From the human T2T-CHM13v2.0 reference genome, Homo sapiens, in assembly GCF_009914755.1 (NCBI RefSeq), contig NC_060942.1: a stretch of DNA of 64,000 nucleotides. One strand, written 5' to 3'. Positions 58,900-64,000 of this stretch are shown piece after piece. The notes beneath the pieces are model-generated. The model had not been told where the DNA came from and searched no databases. It saw only the letters and a list, made by a program, of their open reading frames with translations. Position 1 is the first letter of the stretch, and the number at the start of each line of letters is the position of its first letter. Position numbers and translations under genes: made by a program.

Positions 58900-59260
58900 T
58901 ATTAGTTCTGTCCTTCTAAGAGAACTCTAATACATATCTACACGCAGATACATCAGTAGTGATCTTGAAAGCCCTGACAGATCATAGAATGAACGCACAA
59001 TGAATCAAAACAAAACAAACAATTCCTCTCCCAGTAGCCTGCATTCAGAGCACTATCAATGGCCTACCATCTCATGCAAAAAGGCCAAGAAGAAGGGATT
59101 GAAGCATCTAGAATGGACTTATGTTTTAAAATTTTTCAGCGGTCCTGTTCTTAGAGCCTTCAATGTGCATCTGATTTAACCTCAATGTTCTAAGTAGTCG
59201 ATGATTCAAAGTTTTTACCAAGAGGACCTTTGTATTCTATGTCACATGGCCAAATCTTAC

Positions 59261-59326
59261 CTTGCCTCTTACAAGTTCACAGAACCATGTTGTAGGTCCT
59301 ACTATTGATGTCATTCATGCAAGAGA
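59261..59326 (-). pseudogene. Putative pseudo-exon (66 bp, symmetric phase 1-1)
   Basis: ggcatttag|TC TCT TGC...CAA G|gtaaga; SCMNDINSRTYNMVL*TCKRQ. Confidence 0.5.
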
Positions 59327-59348
59327 CTAAATGCCAGATATATACATA

Positions 59349-59696
59349 TGTATGAGTCCATTCTCACACTGCTGTAAGAACTGCCTGAGACTGAGTAATT
59401 TATAAAGAAAAGAGGCTCAATTGACTCACAGTTCTGCATTACTGGGGAGGCCTCAGGAAACTTACAATCATGGCAGAAGGGGAAGCAGGCACATCTTACA
59501 CGGTGGCAGGCTAGAGAAAGCATGCGAAGGAAGAACTGTCAAACATAAAACCATCAGTTCTCATGAGAACCCACTCAGCATCATGAGAACAGCATGGGAG
59601 AACTGCCCCCAGGATCCACTCACCTCCCTCCCTCAACACATGGGGATTACAATTTGAGATGAGATTTGGGTCGGGACACAGAGCCAAACAATATCA
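59349..59696 (-). mobile_element. THE1D/MSTA-like MaLR solo LTR
   Basis: tgtatgagtccattctcacactgct...gacacagagccaaacaatatca; TSD ACATA on both sides. Confidence 0.93.
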
Positions 59697-59727
59697 ACAT
59701 ACATATTCTAATATTCTGACAACTTAC

Positions 59728-59789
59728 CTGATGTTGCTCCTGACTTTTAGTAGCTTATCTATGCACATTGCCATTAGTTAAAGGACAAA
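59728..59789 (-). pseudogene. Putative pseudo-exon (62 bp)
   Basis: ttgtattcatatctatag|TT TGT CCT...CAT CAG|gtaagt; CPLTNGNVHR*ATKSQEQHQ; needs a 1-nt indel to be phase 1-1. Confidence 0.45.
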
Positions 59790-60059
59790 CTATAGATATG
59801 AATACAACAGAAGTAGGTAAATAATAGACTGGGAGTGGAGAGAGGGGAAGAGAGGGAGAATTTTACCTAAGTGGTAGAAGTAAATATGTAAGTTCCACCC
59901 ATTTACCCTGAAATTCATTATCTGGAAAAAAATCTATAAAAATTGTTTTCAAAGCATGATCTCACAATGTATGTTACTCTTCAGATTGAATAAAGCTATT
60001 CTGTAAAAATGGAATATTGGTGATTCTTATCCTCCAATTAATAGATGTAAAACAGTTTT

Positions 60060-60280
60060 TGTGTCAAAGTATTGTGAATTAAAATTCTGACTCAACCAAT
60101 TAGCATTAAAGTTGACCTTGATTGAGTTGTTTAATATTTCATTTTGAGCCCATGTCTTTACCTGTCAAATGGTAACATAAATACAAACCCTGCAATATTA
60201 TGTTGAGGGTCAAAGGAAAGATGTGTAATCACTAATACAGTATCTAGAATATAGCTGATATTCAAAAAGTAATAATACTC
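60060..60280 (+). mobile_element. MIR fragment
   Basis: gttgaccttgattgagttgtttaat...tttacctgtcaaatggtaacataa...gagggtcaaagg. Confidence 0.55.
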
Positions 60281-60890
60281 TTCTTCTGTCCTGCATTTCA
60301 CATTGCACTGGACTGCAACATCCTTTTGTATTCAAAACCATTCAGCTAAATAACATTAATTAAAATTCTGCTACAGATTAGCATCATTGTGGTAGCTGTT
60401 CAAATAAATTAACAGCAAAATAATACATAACATGTTCGACTAAAGAGGCAGATATAATCTCATAAAATTATAAATATTTACAACATATTACAACTATGAC
60501 AAACATATATTTTTGTGTTTATATTTGTGAGAGAGACATTTACCAGAACTAGAGAGACTAGGTAGGAAGACAGAGGACACATCACAAAAAGAGTGGCCTG
60601 AATGTCTATTAATTTGGCGGCTCACTTTGCCCAGTGTCTTTGGTCATTCCTACTTATTGTATTAACCAGTAAAATTTGGGTGTGGGTATGTATCTTCACT
60701 ACTTTGTGTGCATGTATATGTGTGTATCTGTACAATGTTTAGAGCTGACAGTAAAAAGACATATAGATAAATCAGTGGCTGGGGTCTAGGTGGAATATAA
60801 TAATACACTGCTGAAGGAGCAACCCCAGAAGAGACACTCAGAGATATGATGAATGAAAAATACATATTGATGCACTGTACAGTTTCTTAC

Positions 60891-61061
60891 TCAGAGATCA
60901 TTCACAGAAATCTTTTTCTCCATAGGGACATTATGATGCATTGACTTGTAGCTAACTGCATCATTCATTTAGTGCTTGGGACAGCTGCCCTTTCTCTGTG
61001 TCAGTGTTTGAATCCCCAGGAGAAGTTGAAATAGAATGTTTTTTACCTTACTGTGATAAGT
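60891..61061 (-). pseudogene. Possible pseudo-exon (171 bp, phase 1-1)
   Basis: ctttgtttattttataaaag|AC TTA...CTG A|gtaaga; LSQ*GKKHSISTSPGDSNTDTEKGQLSQALNE*...; five stops, so support is splice sites and phase only. Confidence 0.35.
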
Positions 61062-61254
61062 CTTTTATAAAATAAACAAAGAAAAAGATCTATAATTTAT
61101 ACCATTATTATATTTTACCACCCATTCTAATTACTTAATATAAGGATCAAAATATAGATTCTCTTTCATTATTATTGTATGCCATTCTGAAGCAATGTTT
61201 GTCTTTACTTGAGGGGGCACATGTCCTATTGATTTATTGAAGAGAAAACTCTAC

Positions 61255-61307
61255 CTGGAATCTTTGAAAACTGTCTACAACCTTTGAATGCCTTACTTTT
61301 TATCTTT
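61255..61307 (-). pseudogene. Putative pseudo-exon (53 bp, phase 2-1, open frame)
   Basis: ctctgttttttactag|A AAG ATA...CCA G|gtagag; KIKSKAFKGCRQFSKIP. Confidence 0.5.
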
Positions 61308-61553
61308 CTAGTAAAAAACAGAGAGTCTACATGTCTAGCTGTTAACTATCACTAGAAACTTGGAAGAGTAGTAAGTAAAAGTCAGAAATGAATATTTCAT
61401 AGACTTTGGCAGCAAATTTAAAAGAAATGCAAAATGAGATAATTTTGTTATTTTTTCCTCACTTCTTGGAAAATCACTGCAGAGCTCAAAATGTGGTGGC
61501 ACCAAGAATTTCACATATAATTTTATTTTTAGCTTTTAATCATATTATCTTAC

Positions 61554-61872
61554 CTTGTCTTCACTTTAATATATTTATATCCCAATGCAAATATTTTGGA
61601 TAGATGCATAACCTTGCTTTTTAAGAATTCCAGACAAAAAGAAGATTGGAAAATATCTCCAAGCTACACAATCTTTGCTTTTGTTGGATGTAGCCAATTG
61701 CACGCAATCCAGATGACTCATATGTGGACTGCTAAAACACAAAATATTTCTCTCTCTCCTTGTCTTTATTCCTCTCATTCTATTATTATCTCTCCATCTT
61801 TCTTTTTCTGCTTCTTCTTTCCTGTTTTTTCCATACTCATAATTTATATATACCCAAAATACCTCACGATGT
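61554..61872 (-). pseudogene. Putative pseudo-exon (319 bp)
   Basis: cacatttattcag|A CAT CGT...ACA AG|gtaaga; first frame open ~98 codons (HREVFWVYINYEYGKNRKEEAEKERWRDNNRMRGIKT...); a 1-nt shift gives ...LGDIFQSSFCLEFLKSKVMHLSKIFALGYKYIKVKTR, which joins the next exon. Confidence 0.5.
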
Positions 61873-62321
61873 CTGAATAAATGTGCAGATCAAAGAGGCA
61901 TGAGACAAGAATTTGAAGGCATCAATATGAGAGGATAATCAACAAGGAAGAGTTATACTGCCAAGATTATTATTTTTATCCTTTAAGCCTTTTTGTCAGA
62001 TAGTTTAAATGAAGAGTTAAATTTCTTACTGGGTTTCTGTCACTTTTGGAAATAATCCTTCAATCATGTATATATAGGCTTACTAGAATATTTTTGCGTA
62101 ATGCTTAAAACAGCTGTTAAAACTCAAATGAGTTTTGATACAATATTACTTTTATTTAAATTTTTATTCATTGTTTCCAGACAACCCAGCTCTTTCTTTA
62201 ATTGATCTGCTGTTTCCATTACATTTCATTGCCATCATATCACTTATTATGACCACTACAGGCCTAGATTTACCAGCTGCCAAACTGAATATACTGAATT
62301 CAGCTACAGCAAATCTTTGTT

Positions 62322-62352
<31 letters not shown>

Positions 62353-62769
62353 ACAACACTACATAAAATCCAAGACTTGTTTCTCATAACAGTAACAAAA
62401 TGCCAGTTAGAACTGTGGTTACAAAATATCTTCATTCACAGACCATTCTATTTCTGGTGAAATTTACTTTGGAGTCTCAAGAATTCCAGGGATATCAATT
62501 GAGTATTTATTTCTTTATTCTCCCATTGTTGTGGTGATGTGCTAGAGCCAAGCAGTTTTAAACAAAAATTCCAAGCTTTTGTATTTAAATTTGTATTATT
62601 GGTTGACATTTTCTAGGTTAGGGGCAAGTTAAAGAGCATTAAATGTTTCAGAATGATGTTTAGAAATTGGATTAAATAAGAAATTTCTCAACCTTCCCAA
62701 TAGCAGCAATTCTAGACTTAGATTTATTTGATCTGGGACCCAATCAAAACACGTTGTGGTTTTGCTTCC

Positions 62770-62930
62770 CATTAAATTTAATTCAACAATTTATTGAGCT
62801 TCTATGTACCAGAGTCTTTGCTAAACGCAAGGAAACTTAAAGATGAAAACCATACAATTCCTACCTTCCACAAGCTTACACACCTAGGGGAGAAATGAGG
62901 CAAGAAAACACACAGATAATCACACCCTGA
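62770..62930 (-). mobile_element. L2 3' end fragment
   Basis: attcaacaatttattgagcttctatgtaccag...gctaaacgcaagg...cctaccttccacaagcttaca. Confidence 0.65.
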
Positions 62931-64000
62931 GGATGCTTCCCTTCCAGGTTCTCACTAATAACAAACAGCTCAAAAAAGCACAGCTAGTCCTCTGAATTGT
63001 AGGTCACCCAGTCTTCCTCCCAGAATTATGGGTACTCAGGTCAATTAAAGTCAATTAAATTTAACTTAATGAACATGAGTGACACAGACTAAACTAAATT
63101 GGGAATGCCATCTTTCTGGAGAATGGAACTAAATTTTTCTAGAAACTTTTCATTCTATTGTTTGTTTTGGATTTCATTTTTCTTATAGTAGGTTAGAGTA
63201 TACTTGCCCACTTGTGCCAAAAGTAGAGTGAAGCAGGGCTTGAATACCTCTGAACATTATAGAATTAGAGGTCTCATCTAGGCTCTGCCTTACTAAGCTT
63301 GTTGTTTTGGTATTGGGAAACTGAAGGGATCAACAGCTTTATGCGTTATTAAATATTTCCCCCATTGACCTCAGATAGATTCAGAAATGCCAATAAATAG
63401 AGCTTCACTATTGAAATAAGCATTATGTAGAATTCTAAGGTAAAATATATTCCTGAGAAAGAGTCTTCAATAACACATAGAAATGTAAGGAAGCTCGTGA
63501 CAAGTGGGTATTAATGAAGGATGAATACTGGAACTCATTTTTAGAATGAAGTGCTGGAAAGGAAGACTTGGTAGGCCAGAAGAAAACTCACACAAATTCA
63601 GAGAGTTATGTGTTCAAATATTATTTTATATACTTTTCCTTTTTAGTATCTGCAAAAAAAACTCTCGAAGACTATGCATCAAACTTTGAACAATAGGTAC
63701 CCCAATTATGGAAAAATTATAATAGTTATTAATAAATTTTAACATGCAAATCCACATAATCTTAAGAAAAATATTATATATCAATAGCTGCTTATTATAT
63801 TTTTTAAAATTCTTAATTGGTAAGAGCTAAGTGAAATTGGGAACGTTATATAAAGTAAGTAACAGTCAACATATTATTATTGGTGTTTAGAGCAGTGTTC
63901 ATGAACGCTGACTAGAAAACAATGTCCACTGTTGACTTACTGAAAGGCAGATCATTTTCTCTACCTGGAGATGTACTTGACCCCATAAGTCTTAAAAACT

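Larger units (their letters stand above)
56192..58934 (+). mobile_element. MLT2A (HERV-L) solo LTR interrupted by an L1PA3-like element and a captured local duplicate
   Basis: tgtgatggttaatactaagtgtc|L1|aacttgattggattgaggg...cctattagttctgtcc...taataca; TSD TATCT at 56187-56191 and 58935-58939. Confidence 0.93.

Noticed and set aside
62240-63200. Extra minus-strand exon candidates (~62250-62320, ~63070-63182)
   Set aside because: Peptides look plausible but canonical splice sites are missing or need mutation; not supportable without alignments.
63647-63696. Plus-strand exon-like segment (cttttcctttttag|...|gtacc)
   Set aside because: Weak donor, in-frame stop, no partner exons on that strand.

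Overview
AT-rich, CpG-poor primate (hominoid, human-like) genomic DNA, mostly interspersed repeats (L1, L2, MIR, Alu, MaLR/ERV solo LTRs, Tigger/MER5/MADE1 DNA transposons). I see no intact protein-coding gene, RNA gene or CRISPR array. The notable part is the last ~9 kb. On the minus strand a chain of exon-like segments with GT-AG sites and mostly compatible phases (61872 down to ~55100) ends in a degenerate segment closely resembling part of FSCB (fibrous sheath CABYR-binding protein), which suggests the decayed 3' half of an unrecognised multi-exon FSCB-related gene. Inside it is an MLT2A solo LTR that carries (i) an L1PA3-like element with intact ends and TSD whose ORF2 was removed at a 6-bp microhomology and (ii) a captured ~111-bp copy of a nearby pseudo-exon. 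A second short local templated insertion lies in an AluJ microsatellite at 29140. Repeat subfamily names and the FSCB match come from recalled sequences and need RepeatMasker/BLAST confirmation.
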